A stretch of 64,000 bases of DNA from Candidatus Enterousia sp. (lineage in GTDB: Bacteria > Pseudomonadota > Alphaproteobacteria > Rs-D84), in the NCBI GenBank assembly GCA_045616625.1, contig JAZLHA010000002.1, positions 40,482-104,481 on the forward strand, in the 5' to 3' direction. Both the position numbers and the translations under genes were made by a program. Of the stretch, positions 1 through 9,923 are shown one piece after another (positions within the stretch are counted from its first letter, which is position 1; every line of letters begins with the position of its first letter). The notes beneath the pieces were generated by a model that searched no databases, was not told the origin of the DNA, and worked only from the letters and a program-made list of their open reading frames with translations.

Positions 1-492
1 TTATTTTGATTTTTTTAACTCTGTGCGTTGTTCGTCTAGTTTATCAAATAAATCGTCAGCGCGTTTTGCAAAGTATTGATATGCAATCGCCGCGGGAACC
101 GCAGCAATCAAACCCAAAGCCGTTGTTCCTAATGCAGTTGCAAGTCCAGGCGCAATAACACCGATGCTGACTGATTGATTTATTCCGATGGATGCAAAGG
201 AATCCATAACACCCCATACTGTTCCGAACAAGCCGATAAATGGTGCAACGTAGGATACCATAGATAAAAACCATAAATTTTTATCATAAGGACGCACAAG
301 TCTATCAACGGCCAATTCTAAATCATCGCCCGTGTGTATTTTTACAGGATTGTGTTTTGTGTCACGCCACAGGCGGATTTTTTCAATAATAATCGCCCAT
401 GATAAAATGCTGGCTGCGACCAAAACCAATGACACGAATAATGTCATCAAATCGCCTGTGAATAGATGCAACAGAGAAAAGTTGTTTGTCAT
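1..492 (-). CDS. MotA/TolQ/ExbB proton-channel family protein (probably TolQ-like)
   Basis: Motifs APFIGLFGTVWGVMDSF and IAPGLATALGTTALGLIAAVPA. Start chosen at 492 (MTNNF) behind AAAGGA. Lies downstream of ruvB, as tolQ does in proteobacteria. Confidence 0.85.
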   Translation of the reverse strand: MTNNFSLLHLFTGDLMTLFVSLVLVAASILSWAIIIEKIRLWRDTKHNPVKIHTGDDLELAVDRLVRPYDKNLWFLSMVSYVAPFIGLFGTVWGVMDSFASIGINQSVSIGVIAPGLATALGTTALGLIAAVPAAIAYQYFAKRADDLFDKLDEQRTELKKSK

Positions 493-543
493 AGTAGTTC
501 CTTTATATTTTAAGTTCATTGAATTATACCACAAAAAACATTT

Positions 544-1008
544 TTAAGATAATGTTTTTTGTGAATAGATATTTATAACCATATCTTGAAAATTCACTGT
601 GTTTTGCGGTTTTTTTAAAATTTTACTAAATGGATTTTTGAATTTGTCTGATGAATGAATAAATGTCTTGGATAATGTTGTTACAATAAATGTGTCAATA
701 ATATTGTATTTGTATGCTTGCTGTAAAAATGTTGGACCACCAATTAAAACAGCGTTTGGAAAAGATTTATTTAAGTTTATTAATGAATTTGCGCCATCTC
801 TTTTGGCAACAATAAATTTTCGTTCGGTATCATTTAACATTTGTTGTGGTAATAGACTATAAGTTTTTTTACTACATACACATACACCACCATACACATA
901 TGTTAGTAATTTGAATATCTGTTTATCCAACATTGGGGTCCAAGACATATCGTCATTATCTGATTGGGCAAGATATCCGTTTGCTGATTCTACAAATATC
1001 GCTTTCAT
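544..1008 (-). CDS. Divergent dihydrofolate reductase-like protein
   Basis: DHFR-like pattern: N-terminal strand, ...DMSW...DKQIFK..., CSKKT (cf. MGRKT), VLIGG; 154 aa. Confidence 0.65.
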   Translation of the reverse strand: MKAIFVESANGYLAQSDNDDMSWTPMLDKQIFKLLTYVYGGVCVCSKKTYSLLPQQMLNDTERKFIVAKRDGANSLINLNKSFPNAVLIGGPTFLQQAYKYNIIDTFIVTTLSKTFIHSSDKFKNPFSKILKKPQNTVNFQDMVINIYSQKTLS

Positions 1009-1994
1009 TTTACCAATCCCAAATGCGCGTATCCGCTATCAGTAATTATACGACCGCGGGGTGTGCGCTGAACAAAACCCAGTTGCATCAAGTATGGTTC
1101 AATCACATCTTCGATTGTGTCAGACGGTTCAGATAAAGCCGCAGCTAAGTTTTCAATTCCAACTGGACCACCAGCATAATGTTTTATAATTGTTGTCATA
1201 TATTCACGGTCAATTTCATCCAAACCACATGTATCAATGTGTAACTGGAATAGGGTGGTTTTTACAGTGTTTGACGTGATAATAGAACTATTAGTTGCTA
1301 ATGCAAAATCGCGTGCGCGTTTAAGTAATCTGTTTGCAATTCGTGGGGTTCCACGTGATGAAGATGCCAACATTTTTGCACCGTTTTCATCAATAGGTAT
1401 ACCCAATATATTGGCACTGCGTGTAATAATTTTTGCTAAATCATCAACTGGGTAAAAGGTTAGTCTTAAATCAATACCAAAACGTTCTCGTAATGGGTTT
1501 GATAATAGGCCTGTACGTGTTGTTGCGCCAACTAAAGTAAATGGTGGTAAATCTATGCGTACAGATTTTGCTGATGGCCCTTCGCCGAGCATTATGTCCA
1601 GTTTATAATCTTCCATTGCGGAATATAAAACTTCCTCTATAGCGGTAGGTAAACGATGGATTTCATCTATGAATAAAACATCCATTGGTTCTAATGTCGT
1701 TAATATCGCCGCCAAATCGCCTTGTTTGGTAAGCATAGGTGCAGATGTCGCACGAAAATTTGTTCCCAATTCATTCGCAACAATGTGTGCAAGTGTGGTT
1801 TTTCCCAATCCCGGGGGACCATACAATAAAACATGATCCATTGCTTCACCACGTGTGCGTGCACCCGATACAAATACAGATAAGTTTTGTTTCAAACTAT
1901 CATGACCGATAAAATCAGCCAATTTCTTTGGACGAATTGTTGTCGTCATTTCATCGGGAATATTTGGATCAAGAAATCTTTCTGAATCTGCCAT
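1005..1994 (-). CDS. ruvB: Holliday junction branch migration helicase RuvB
   Basis: [11 protein letters not shown], Walker [41 protein letters not shown]. Confidence 0.98.
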   Translation of the reverse strand: MADSERFLDPNIPDEMTTTIRPKKLADFIGHDSLKQNLSVFVSGARTRGEAMDHVLLYGPPGLGKTTLAHIVANELGTNFRATSAPMLTKQGDLAAILTTLEPMDVLFIDEIHRLPTAIEEVLYSAMEDYKLDIMLGEGPSAKSVRIDLPPFTLVGATTRTGLLSNPLRERFGIDLRLTFYPVDDLAKIITRSANILGIPIDENGAKMLASSSRGTPRIANRLLKRARDFALATNSSIITSNTVKTTLFQLHIDTCGLDEIDREYMTTIIKHYAGGPVGIENLAAALSEPSDTIEDVIEPYLMQLGFVQRTPRGRIITDSGYAHLGLVK

Positions 1995-2008
1995 TTATAT
2001 TTTCCGTA

Positions 2009-2680
2009 TTAAAGTAATTTGATATCTGCGTTTTCACGGCCAACATATGCTTTTAAATCATTATACATTTGGCGCAAATCAGCAGGTTGACTATATTCTG
2101 AATCAGCACCACGAACGCGGATGGTTTCCAAACTTATTTGAGCCTGTTTCTTTAACACCTGTGTCATATGTGTTGAAAAAGCCTTAGCATCGTCTGATTC
2201 GGATGCCCCTTGTAAAATCAAGCCGCGATTCGGACGTGGCGATAAAAACGTAAAGTCAGTGATGGTTGGATCAGGTGAAACCAGCGCAAAGCCAGATATT
2301 TCCGGTCTGCGCATCAGGGTCTGTAATACATACCACGAACCCAAACCATGTCCGGCCAACCAGATACGGTCGCTATCTTCGTTTGTGTTTTGTATCCAGT
2401 CAATAACTGTTGCAATATCCAACATGTTATCAGCAGTGGTACCAATTGCACCCTCTGATTCACCAACACCGCGGTAATTAAAACGAACAACGGAAAAGCC
2501 AATGTCCATAAATGCACGAAACATAGCATAAGAAACGCGGTCGTTCATATGATGTTTTTGACGCGGATTTCCAGACAACACAACAGCCAGTGGTGCTGCC
2601 GGTGTGTCAGACTTATGATACACTGCATGTAATTTTCCAGATTCACCTGTAATAATAATATCTACCATATTTATCACCAT
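2009..2680 (-). CDS. Alpha/beta hydrolase-fold protein, catalytic residues apparently lost
   Basis: RFNYRGVGESEG, LMRRPEI and DFTFLSP match a conserved alphaproteobacterial hydrolase family; the nucleophile elbow reads GHGLG. Confidence 0.8.
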   Translation of the reverse strand: MVINMVDIIITGESGKLHAVYHKSDTPAAPLAVVLSGNPRQKHHMNDRVSYAMFRAFMDIGFSVVRFNYRGVGESEGAIGTTADNMLDIATVIDWIQNTNEDSDRIWLAGHGLGSWYVLQTLMRRPEISGFALVSPDPTITDFTFLSPRPNRGLILQGASESDDAKAFSTHMTQVLKKQAQISLETIRVRGADSEYSQPADLRQMYNDLKAYVGRENADIKLL

Positions 2681-2803
2681 TTCCTTTTATTAGACTTATA
2701 TATAGAACAAATGGAATACATTTTTCAATAAAAATATTTTTTGCTTTGACAGAATGGGGCATAATGTTTTACAATTCTGATATAAAGAGAAAAAGGATTA
2801 GTT

Positions 2804-3727
2804 ATGCCTAGATTCATTTGTGCGGCTTTAATTACAGGTGTTGCCTTTACTGGCACGTGTTTTGCTGATAATTATGTTGGCGATTATTATAATCAGGATT
2901 TTCAAACTATATACACTGAAACGCCTGTGCAATCATATTATGCGTCTCCAGATGACCAAAATTTTGTTCCTGAATCTGAATTTATGCAAATGAATGATAG
3001 CTTTGATTATGACCATAATATTGTTGATGTGCAAAATGCTTTTGCTGAACAAAATCCTGGTGTTGGTTTTGCTGAACGTCCTGTGGTTGTTTGTCGTAAT
3101 TTTGGTTGTACACATCTAAATGATCGCATTACGCGGACTTTCTTGTTTAATAGTTTGGCCAATATGTTTATGATGAATGCTCATTCACGTATGTTTATTT
3201 GCGAGGCAGATCCATTTTCGCGTGATTGTTTACAGTCTGGAATTTCTTTCCCTGTACGCACTGGTATTGCCAATGCGATTGTAAAGATTCCTAAGGCTAC
3301 AATTTCCCAAGTAGATTTGTCCCGTGGTTTATCGTATGCCAGCGTTGGTATGACTTACGAATTTTTAGTAAATGGTATAAATCGTCGTTGCGAACAAACA
3401 CTGATGGATATTACTGTACCCACTAATTCCCAGGCTACACTCGTGAATCATGAATTTGCGTGTAGTTTAACTAGCGATGGTATCAGTAGTGTATCATTAC
3501 TTGTGAACATTGATTATATTGATTTAGATTATGGCATTTTGGGTGGTTATTATTCTTTGGGAATGCAGGGACCAACAACCGGTGGGGCGACAGGTTATGC
3601 ATTATTCAAAACGGAATATGCCACAGGTAATATGAATTTTGGAACAAATTCTAAAAAATCTGGTGATTGTGAAAGAAGTGGAATGATGATTCAACCTGGC
3701 GAGTATGCTGTGGGGCCTATAAGATAA
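2804..3727 (+). CDS. Hypothetical secreted protein
   Basis: 307-aa ORF with Sec-type signal peptide (…GTCFA|D), AAGGA RBS, several Cys; no family recognised. Confidence 0.75.
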   Translation: MPRFICAALITGVAFTGTCFADNYVGDYYNQDFQTIYTETPVQSYYASPDDQNFVPESEFMQMNDSFDYDHNIVDVQNAFAEQNPGVGFAERPVVVCRNFGCTHLNDRITRTFLFNSLANMFMMNAHSRMFICEADPFSRDCLQSGISFPVRTGIANAIVKIPKATISQVDLSRGLSYASVGMTYEFLVNGINRRCEQTLMDITVPTNSQATLVNHEFACSLTSDGISSVSLLVNIDYIDLDYGILGGYYSLGMQGPTTGGATGYALFKTEYATGNMNFGTNSKKSGDCERSGMMIQPGEYAVGPIR

Positions 3728-3733
3728 TAGATA

Positions 3734-4366
3734 ATGAACAAAGTCGTTTTAATCATAGATGATGATGAAGTATTGCGCGAAACATTAGCGCGCGGTTTAC
3801 GTGGAAACGATTTTACTGTTTTAACCGCTGAATCTGCTGAAAGCGCGACCGATTGTTTGGCACGCGTTGTCCCTGATGCGATTGTTCTGGATCGTATGAT
3901 GGGCGGAATGGATGGCTTGACATTTTTAAAGAATTTGCGTTTGCGTGGTGTAAATATTCCTGTGATTATGTTGACTGCGCTTAGTGGTCCTGAAAACGCC
4001 ATTGATGGGTTGTCCAGTGGGGCAGACGATTACCTAGCAAAACCATTTCAATTGCGCGAGTTGGTTTTGCGTTTAAATAATATAATTGGAAAAAATACAA
4101 ATAAATCTGGTGATATGCCGGCGGGAATATCTATGGTTGATGGGGAATTTTTCATAGATGTCGCGGGAAACCGTACCATATTACCATTGTCGGCCGAAGA
4201 AAAACGTTTCTTGCATGCACTGGTGAACCCTATGGGTGCTATTATAGAGGCCAGTCCTATGGTTGCAAAACGCTTGCGAACCAAATTAAATGGTGTATCA
4301 TCAGGAATAGATATTATAACTGTGCGTGGGCGCGGTTATAGATTGATGAATAAAAATATAGGATAA
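3734..4366 (+). CDS. OmpR-family response regulator with shortened DNA-binding domain
   Basis: IIDDD, LDRMM (phospho-Asp), MLTA, GADDYLAKPF, C-terminal TVRGRGYRL. Confidence 0.92.
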   Translation: MNKVVLIIDDDEVLRETLARGLRGNDFTVLTAESAESATDCLARVVPDAIVLDRMMGGMDGLTFLKNLRLRGVNIPVIMLTALSGPENAIDGLSSGADDYLAKPFQLRELVLRLNNIIGKNTNKSGDMPAGISMVDGEFFIDVAGNRTILPLSAEEKRFLHALVNPMGAIIEASPMVAKRLRTKLNGVSSGIDIITVRGRGYRLMNKNIG

Positions 4367-4369
4367 AAC

Positions 4370-5650
4370 ATGCGTTTATTACCACGTGGATTTTTATCAA
4401 GAACTATATTGATGGTGTTGGTGCCATTGATTATTATGCTTGTTATAATTGCCAATGTGTTTTTTGGCAATCATTGGTCGCGTGTTCATAATACATTGGC
4501 GCGTACATTTTCTGGTGAAATCGTGACGATGATGAATTTTATAGATAGCGGAAATATGCTGGCGATGGAATCTATGGCGCGTGATATCGGTATAAATGTG
4601 TCTATAAATCAACATTTAAATCGTCCTGCGAAAAACAACAATGATGCGATGGAGGTTGGAAAGCTGCACACCGCTTTATCGACCGCGTTAAAACGTGATG
4701 CTCAAATTTATATGGATAAACCAAAACGTTTACTATTTGTTGATGTTCCGACCAAGGATGGAAGAATTGTAACATTTGCAACATCGCTTCGTCGTATTTA
4801 TTCCACTAGTACAGAAGTGTTTTTGATTTGGTTGTTAGGTTCTATATTGATTGTATCTGCACTTATTGCACCGTTTGTTATTTTGCATGCGCGTAGTATT
4901 CGTCGCATCGCTAAGGCGGCTAATTTGTTTGGACGTGGCTTAGATGCACCAGGATTTCAACCAACTGGTTCGCGTGAAATTCGTGATGCAGCGGTTGCTA
5001 TGATAAATATGAAGGAACGTCTGGATAGATATAATCGCACTCGGACCGATATGTTGAATGCTGTGAGTCATGATTTAAAAGCGCCATTAACACGTATGCG
5101 TTTGGCCATAGAAACTGGAGGCGAAAATAGGTATGTCCTGTTGCACGATATTGATCGTATGACAGAGATGATAAATGGTTATTTGGCGTTTGCGCGTGGA
5201 GAAATCCCAGAAATAGAAGAAAAAACCGAATTGCCGGCGATGTTAACGCGGGTCGCACGTGATGCAGCGCCAGATAAAAAGATAGAACTTGATTTTCCTG
5301 ATGTTCCTGTGCAATTTTATGCTCGTCCGATGGCATTGACACGTGCTTTTACGAATATAATTGAAAATGCTGCACATTATGCCAAGAAAAAGATAAAAAT
5401 TTCCGAACACGATACAGCTGACAGCGTTGAAGTTGTTATAGAAGATGATGGTGTTGGAATTCCTGATGATAAAAAAGCCGATGCTTTGCGTCCGTTTGTT
5501 CGTTTAGATTCTGCGCGTGGCGATAAAACCGGTGGAACAGGATTAGGATTGTCTATCGCGCAAACTGCGATTGAAAATCACGGGGGACAATTATTTTTAG
5601 AAAATAGCAACCTGGGCGGTCTGCGCGTAAGGGTTGTTTTGCCAATATAA
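4370..5650 (+). CDS. EnvZ-like sensor histidine kinase
   Basis: Two TM segments, HAMP region, H-box VSHDLKAPL, N-box NIIENA, DDGVGI, GGTGLGLSIA. Confidence 0.95.
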   Translation: MRLLPRGFLSRTILMVLVPLIIMLVIIANVFFGNHWSRVHNTLARTFSGEIVTMMNFIDSGNMLAMESMARDIGINVSINQHLNRPAKNNNDAMEVGKLHTALSTALKRDAQIYMDKPKRLLFVDVPTKDGRIVTFATSLRRIYSTSTEVFLIWLLGSILIVSALIAPFVILHARSIRRIAKAANLFGRGLDAPGFQPTGSREIRDAAVAMINMKERLDRYNRTRTDMLNAVSHDLKAPLTRMRLAIETGGENRYVLLHDIDRMTEMINGYLAFARGEIPEIEEKTELPAMLTRVARDAAPDKKIELDFPDVPVQFYARPMALTRAFTNIIENAAHYAKKKIKISEHDTADSVEVVIEDDGVGIPDDKKADALRPFVRLDSARGDKTGGTGLGLSIAQTAIENHGGQLFLENSNLGGLRVRVVLPI

Positions 5651-5665
5651 TTATGGGGTTGGGAT

Positions 5666-7318
5666 ATGAATTTATATAAATATGTGTCTGATAGTATAAA
5701 CGCTAAATTGGGTTTTGTGGCGAATTTAGAAGTTCCACGCAATCGTGAATTTGGTGATTTTTCAACGAATGCGGCGATGGTTGGTGCCAAGGTGGCACAC
5801 AAAAACCCACGTGAATTGGCGGCGGAAATTTTACCACAACTACAGGACTTAGATTTTGTGGAAAGTGCGACGATTGCGGGTCCCGGGTTTATTAATATAA
5901 AATTACGTGATGAATTTATTTTAGAAAATGCATCTGCACCGATTTGTCCACAAAATAATTCACCAAAAAAGATTGATTTAGATTATGGTGGCTATAATGT
6001 GGGCAAGGCTTTGCATATCGGGCACTTGCGTACGACAATGGTTGGCGATACATTTAATAGAATTGCGCGTTTTATGGGACATAATACCAAAAGTTATAAT
6101 CACATTGGCGATTGGGGACGTCCGATGGGGTTGGTTATTGCGTGGATTTTGGAATACGGTATGCCAAAGGATGCCACTGAATTAAATAAAATCTATCCAT
6201 TATCAACTGCGCGTGCCAAAGAAGATGAATCCTGGATGGCGCGTGCCAAGGAAATAACGGCGGAATTACAGGCGGGCAACCCCGAATATCGTAAGATTTA
6301 TGATGCGTTTATGCAGATTTCTTTGGCGCAGATGGATGAAGTTTTACATAGGTTAAATGTTTTGCCATTTGATGCAACAATGGGCGAACGCGGGGTTGCT
6401 GATTATGTTGCCGATACGCAAAAGGTTTTGGAATCAAAACATTTATTACAAGAATCAGATGGCGCGATAATTGTAAATGTTAAACGCGATGATGATACTG
6501 CGCCGATGCCACCATTGATGTTCCGGACCAGTGCAGATACGCAAACATATGCGGCGGCTGATTTGGCGGCGATTTATTATAGAAATAAAACAGACAACCC
6601 AGATATAATCGGTTATTTTACCGATTCGCGCCAGGGATTACATTTTGAACAAGTATTTCGTGTTGTAAAAATGGCGGGAATAACAGATGCTGAATTATTC
6701 CATACAGGTTTCGGTGCGTTGACGGGTTCAGACGGAAAACCGTTCAAGACACGCGATGGTGGTGTTGCGGAATTACTGGATATTTTGGATACTGCGAACT
6801 ATGCGGTGCGTGCACGCGTTAGTGAAAGTGGTAAGAGTTTAGATGATGAAACAATTCAAGATATTGCATTGGCGGCGGTAAAGTTTAACGATTTATTGCA
6901 CGATGTAAAATCAGATTATGTATTTGATCCAAATCAGATTACCAGTTTCGAGGGCAAAACCGGACCATATATTTTATATACCGCGGTTCGTTTGAATAGT
7001 GTATTAAAACGTGCACAATCCGCGAACATGTTGCCGCAATATAAAATGTCATCAGACGAAAGAAATTTACTAATTGCGGTTCTTGATTTTGAACGCACAG
7101 TAAATGTTGCGTTTGAAAATCGTGCGACTGATATGATTGCGAATTATGCGTATGATTTATGCCAGCTGATAAACACATTTTATCATAATTGTCCGATATT
7201 GCGTGACGATGTTGATGATGCGACGCGTGCGGGTCGTTTGCATATTGCAGGCGTTGCGCGTGACACATTGGCAACAGCAATCGATTTAATGGGATTAAAG
7301 GTTCCAAACGAAATGTAA
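5666..7318 (+). CDS. argS: Arginine--tRNA ligase
   Basis: DYGGYNVGKALHIGHLR, NHIGDWG, KPFKTRDG, FEGKTGPYILY, LMGLKVPNEM. Confidence 0.97.
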   Translation: MNLYKYVSDSINAKLGFVANLEVPRNREFGDFSTNAAMVGAKVAHKNPRELAAEILPQLQDLDFVESATIAGPGFINIKLRDEFILENASAPICPQNNSPKKIDLDYGGYNVGKALHIGHLRTTMVGDTFNRIARFMGHNTKSYNHIGDWGRPMGLVIAWILEYGMPKDATELNKIYPLSTARAKEDESWMARAKEITAELQAGNPEYRKIYDAFMQISLAQMDEVLHRLNVLPFDATMGERGVADYVADTQKVLESKHLLQESDGAIIVNVKRDDDTAPMPPLMFRTSADTQTYAAADLAAIYYRNKTDNPDIIGYFTDSRQGLHFEQVFRVVKMAGITDAELFHTGFGALTGSDGKPFKTRDGGVAELLDILDTANYAVRARVSESGKSLDDETIQDIALAAVKFNDLLHDVKSDYVFDPNQITSFEGKTGPYILYTAVRLNSVLKRAQSANMLPQYKMSSDERNLLIAVLDFERTVNVAFENRATDMIANYAYDLCQLINTFYHNCPILRDDVDDATRAGRLHIAGVARDTLATAIDLMGLKVPNEM

Positions 7319-7323
7319 TAAAT

Positions 7324-8214
7324 TTACACTGTATGGCGGCGAATTATGTCGTACATCAAAAACACCAATAGCAAGACCATTATAGCGATAAAGATTCCAA
7401 TCGCTGCGCCGTTATGTTCTGCAAACGGCAGGCGGACATTCATTCCGTAATAACCAACAATCACCGTTGGAATTACCAATATAATATTCCACATGGTTAA
7501 TCTGTTAATGTATGTGTTAGAATCCATATTAATCACACTTTCAAGTGTTTCCTTAATCGCTTTTAACATTTTGCTGTATGATGTCACGACCTCGGTTGCC
7601 TGACCTAATTCAATGCGTGCATCTTCGGCGAGTTCAGCGGCATCATCAGTTTTAACGAATCCACGAACCTTTTCCAGTTTGTCCAGCACCGCAATATTGC
7701 CACGAATACCCGCCATATAAAGTGTGTAACTGTTTTCAACTTCTAGCAATGCCATCAGTTCTTTTTTGCGAATGCGCTCTTGTAGTGCTTTTTTAGAATC
7801 TAAAACGCGTTTGTTTAATTCTTTCAAAAAGCGTAGGTATGATTCAGCAATATAGTAAATAATGTTTAATATAAATTCTTCGCGAGATGTCTTTTCATCA
7901 CGTTTAATTTTATCCAACAAATCGCAACGTTTACGACATACTGTGATAACCCGATTCGTAGAATAAATAATGGACAGTGGTTCAGTATGCCACAATGTAT
8001 CTGTTTCGCGGTTTATAATTGGAAAACGAACGATTATAACCTTGTAATCGTCTTCAACCTCAAGGCGGGGTTGTTCATCAGGGTCCAAAATATCAGAAAT
8101 TGTATCTTCATCGATTTTATATTCGGTCTGTAATTTTTCAAATTCTTCATGATCAGGGTTCCCAACATTTATCCATGTAAATGTTTTTAATTTTTCAGTA
8201 TCAAACATGGACAC
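7324..8214 (-). CDS. corA: CorA-family Mg2+/Co2+ transporter
   Basis: LDPDEQPRLE, C-terminal TM pair with YYGMNV (GMN signature). Confidence 0.9.
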   Translation of the reverse strand: MSMFDTEKLKTFTWINVGNPDHEEFEKLQTEYKIDEDTISDILDPDEQPRLEVEDDYKVIIVRFPIINRETDTLWHTEPLSIIYSTNRVITVCRKRCDLLDKIKRDEKTSREEFILNIIYYIAESYLRFLKELNKRVLDSKKALQERIRKKELMALLEVENSYTLYMAGIRGNIAVLDKLEKVRGFVKTDDAAELAEDARIELGQATEVVTSYSKMLKAIKETLESVINMDSNTYINRLTMWNIILVIPTVIVGYYGMNVRLPFAEHNGAAIGIFIAIMVLLLVFLMYDIIRRHTV

Positions 8215-8344
8215 CCCCTTTGGTTAAAGTTTTCTCATTTTAACTTTAATTTTCAAAATTGCAAATATAAATGGGAATATATAACTATATTTTTATAGCG
8301 CTATGAATGATAAAATACGGGTGTTAATTTATCAGGGGGAAAAT

Positions 8345-8767
8345 ATGAAAAAACTAGATAGCACCAGTTCATACAATATCGCACATATCATATTGCTCAG
8401 TATTGTTGTCGTTGTCGGAATATGGTTTATTATTTGGGCAATTATTTCTATGTCGCATGCAGATGAAAAATCAATGGAAACATCGGACGAACCGTGTGTT
8501 CAGGTGGCGATAAATACTGTTGCGACAATATGGCTGGATAGGCCAGAACAAATACCGCAAAAATACCTTGATATGATGACCGAAAAAGCGAATAGGGTGG
8601 TAGATGTTAAAACCCGTGGAAACTGTAATGGAACACCATTTATGTGCGAAATGGGAACGATTCGTTCTGAATGTGATCCGTGCGCGATTTTAATCGCTCG
8701 ACAAGATGCAATAAATCAGCATACGGTTGATTTGATTCAAGAAAATTGCAGTATAGAACTAGATTAA
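8345..8767 (+). CDS. Hypothetical membrane-anchored protein with Cys-containing periplasmic domain
   Basis: N-terminal TM helix, six Cys; start chosen at 8345 behind GGGGGA. Confidence 0.65.
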   Translation: MKKLDSTSSYNIAHIILLSIVVVVGIWFIIWAIISMSHADEKSMETSDEPCVQVAINTVATIWLDRPEQIPQKYLDMMTEKANRVVDVKTRGNCNGTPFMCEMGTIRSECDPCAILIARQDAINQHTVDLIQENCSIELD

Positions 8768-8768
8768 A

Positions 8769-8797
8769 AAAACAACCGACAAAGGGGCGGTTGTTTT
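8769..8797. terminator. Bidirectional intrinsic terminator
   Basis: AAAACAACCG…CGGTTGTTTT inverted repeat between convergent genes. Confidence 0.75.
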
Positions 8798-8798
8798 A

Positions 8799-9182
8799 TT
8801 ATTCAATTGTCTCAATCACAACCATTGCAGCACAATATTCAGATTGGTCTGTCAATGATATATGTATACGTGTCTTTGCACCGCCAGATAGTTCTTTTAA
8901 TGCAGCCTTGGCTCCACCAGCCAATATCAGTTCAGGACAACCGTTGTCATTGTGCGATACGGAAACATCTAAAAAACCAATATTATCACCAAAACCAGTT
9001 CCCAAGGCTTTTAAGCAAGCTTCGCGCGCAGCCCAAAAGTTTGCCAAATGTTTTTCAGCATTTGCGTTATCTTTATCGGCGTATTCTAATTCTTGTTTTG
9101 TAAAAATGCGTTGTTTTTTAAATGCAGACCAGTCCAGAAAGCGGCCACATTCAACCAAGTCTATACCAATTCCAAGTATCAC
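8799..9182 (-). CDS. acpS: Holo-[acyl-carrier-protein] synthase
   Basis: ILGIGIDLVE, FWAAREACLKALGTG, ISLTD. Confidence 0.95.
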   Translation of the reverse strand: MILGIGIDLVECGRFLDWSAFKKQRIFTKQELEYADKDNANAEKHLANFWAAREACLKALGTGFGDNIGFLDVSVSHNDNGCPELILAGGAKAALKELSGGAKTRIHISLTDQSEYCAAMVVIETIE

Positions 9183-9307
9183 AGGTTTCCTCCATATATT
9201 TGTTATCTTGATATGGAAAATACTAATAACTTTTTACCGATTCGTGCAAGCAGAAAATATGTTCTTGCAAATAAAGTTATAGAATTGTATAAATATATTT
9301 GTTTTGT

Positions 9308-9384
9308 CGGGGTGTAGCTCAGCCTGGTAGAGTACTTGCATGGGGTGCAAGGGGTCGCAGGTTCGATTCCTGTCACCCCGACCA
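9308..9384 (+). tRNA. tRNA-Pro(GGG)
   Basis: CGGGGTGTAGCTCAGCCTGGTAGAG…; anticodon arm CTTGC-AT GGG GT-GCAAG; GGTTCGA T-loop; encoded CCA. Confidence 0.95.
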
Positions 9385-9435
9385 AAAATATATTTGAATT
9401 TTAGACATTCATGTGTATTATATTTTTCGTTATCT

Positions 9436-9512
9436 GGATGTGTAGCTCAGTTGGTTAGAGCGCTATGTTCACATCGTAGAGGTCAACGGTTCGAGTCCGT
9501 TCACATCCACCA
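9436..9512 (+). tRNA. tRNA-Val(CAC)
   Basis: Acceptor GGATGTG/CACATCC, anticodon arm CTATG-TT CAC AT-CGTAG, discriminator A, CCA. Confidence 0.93.
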
Positions 9513-9518
9513 CGAATA

Positions 9519-9545
9519 AAAAAAGCCCGTTTGGGCGTTTTTTAT
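9519..9545. terminator. Bidirectional terminator after tRNA-Val
   Basis: A-run, GCCC-GTTT-GGGC, T-run. Confidence 0.7.
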
Positions 9546-9859
9546 CTTAAACCTTTGGCACGGCAACATGCTGCCGCTGCTGCTTTCCAATCAGAATATT
9601 GGGTTGTTGTATCGCGTAAATCACGCCATGGTTGCCAACCATTACATTTTGCATTTATGCCGGCACCACTACATTTTGCGTATCTGCGCAAAGAACATGT
9701 TTGAGTTGATAATTTGCCAGTATCAGTTGTGCATTTTACAACGATATTTTGATTCTTGGCATCGCCTTTACCGAATTCTTTGGACGATAACAATTGATAT
9801 GCCGAAGCGCGCCCAATAACCATGAATAGAGAAATAACTATAACGAAAAATTTTTTCAT
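9542..9859 (-). CDS. Small basic secreted protein with six Cys
   Basis: Start at 9859 (MKKFF) behind GAAAGGAG; signal peptide ending …RASA; ends in …AAACCRAKGLR. Confidence 0.8.
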   Translation of the reverse strand: MKKFFVIVISLFMVIGRASAYQLLSSKEFGKGDAKNQNIVVKCTTDTGKLSTQTCSLRRYAKCSGAGINAKCNGWQPWRDLRDTTTQYSDWKAAAAACCRAKGLR

Positions 9860-9923
9860 GAATCTGCTCCTTTCGTTTTTATGATTATATAAAATCATAC
9901 TTTATAAAACAACAGGAATTTTA

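Noticed and set aside
9203-9385. 60-aa ORF
   Set aside because: Antisense shadow of tRNA-Pro(GGG).
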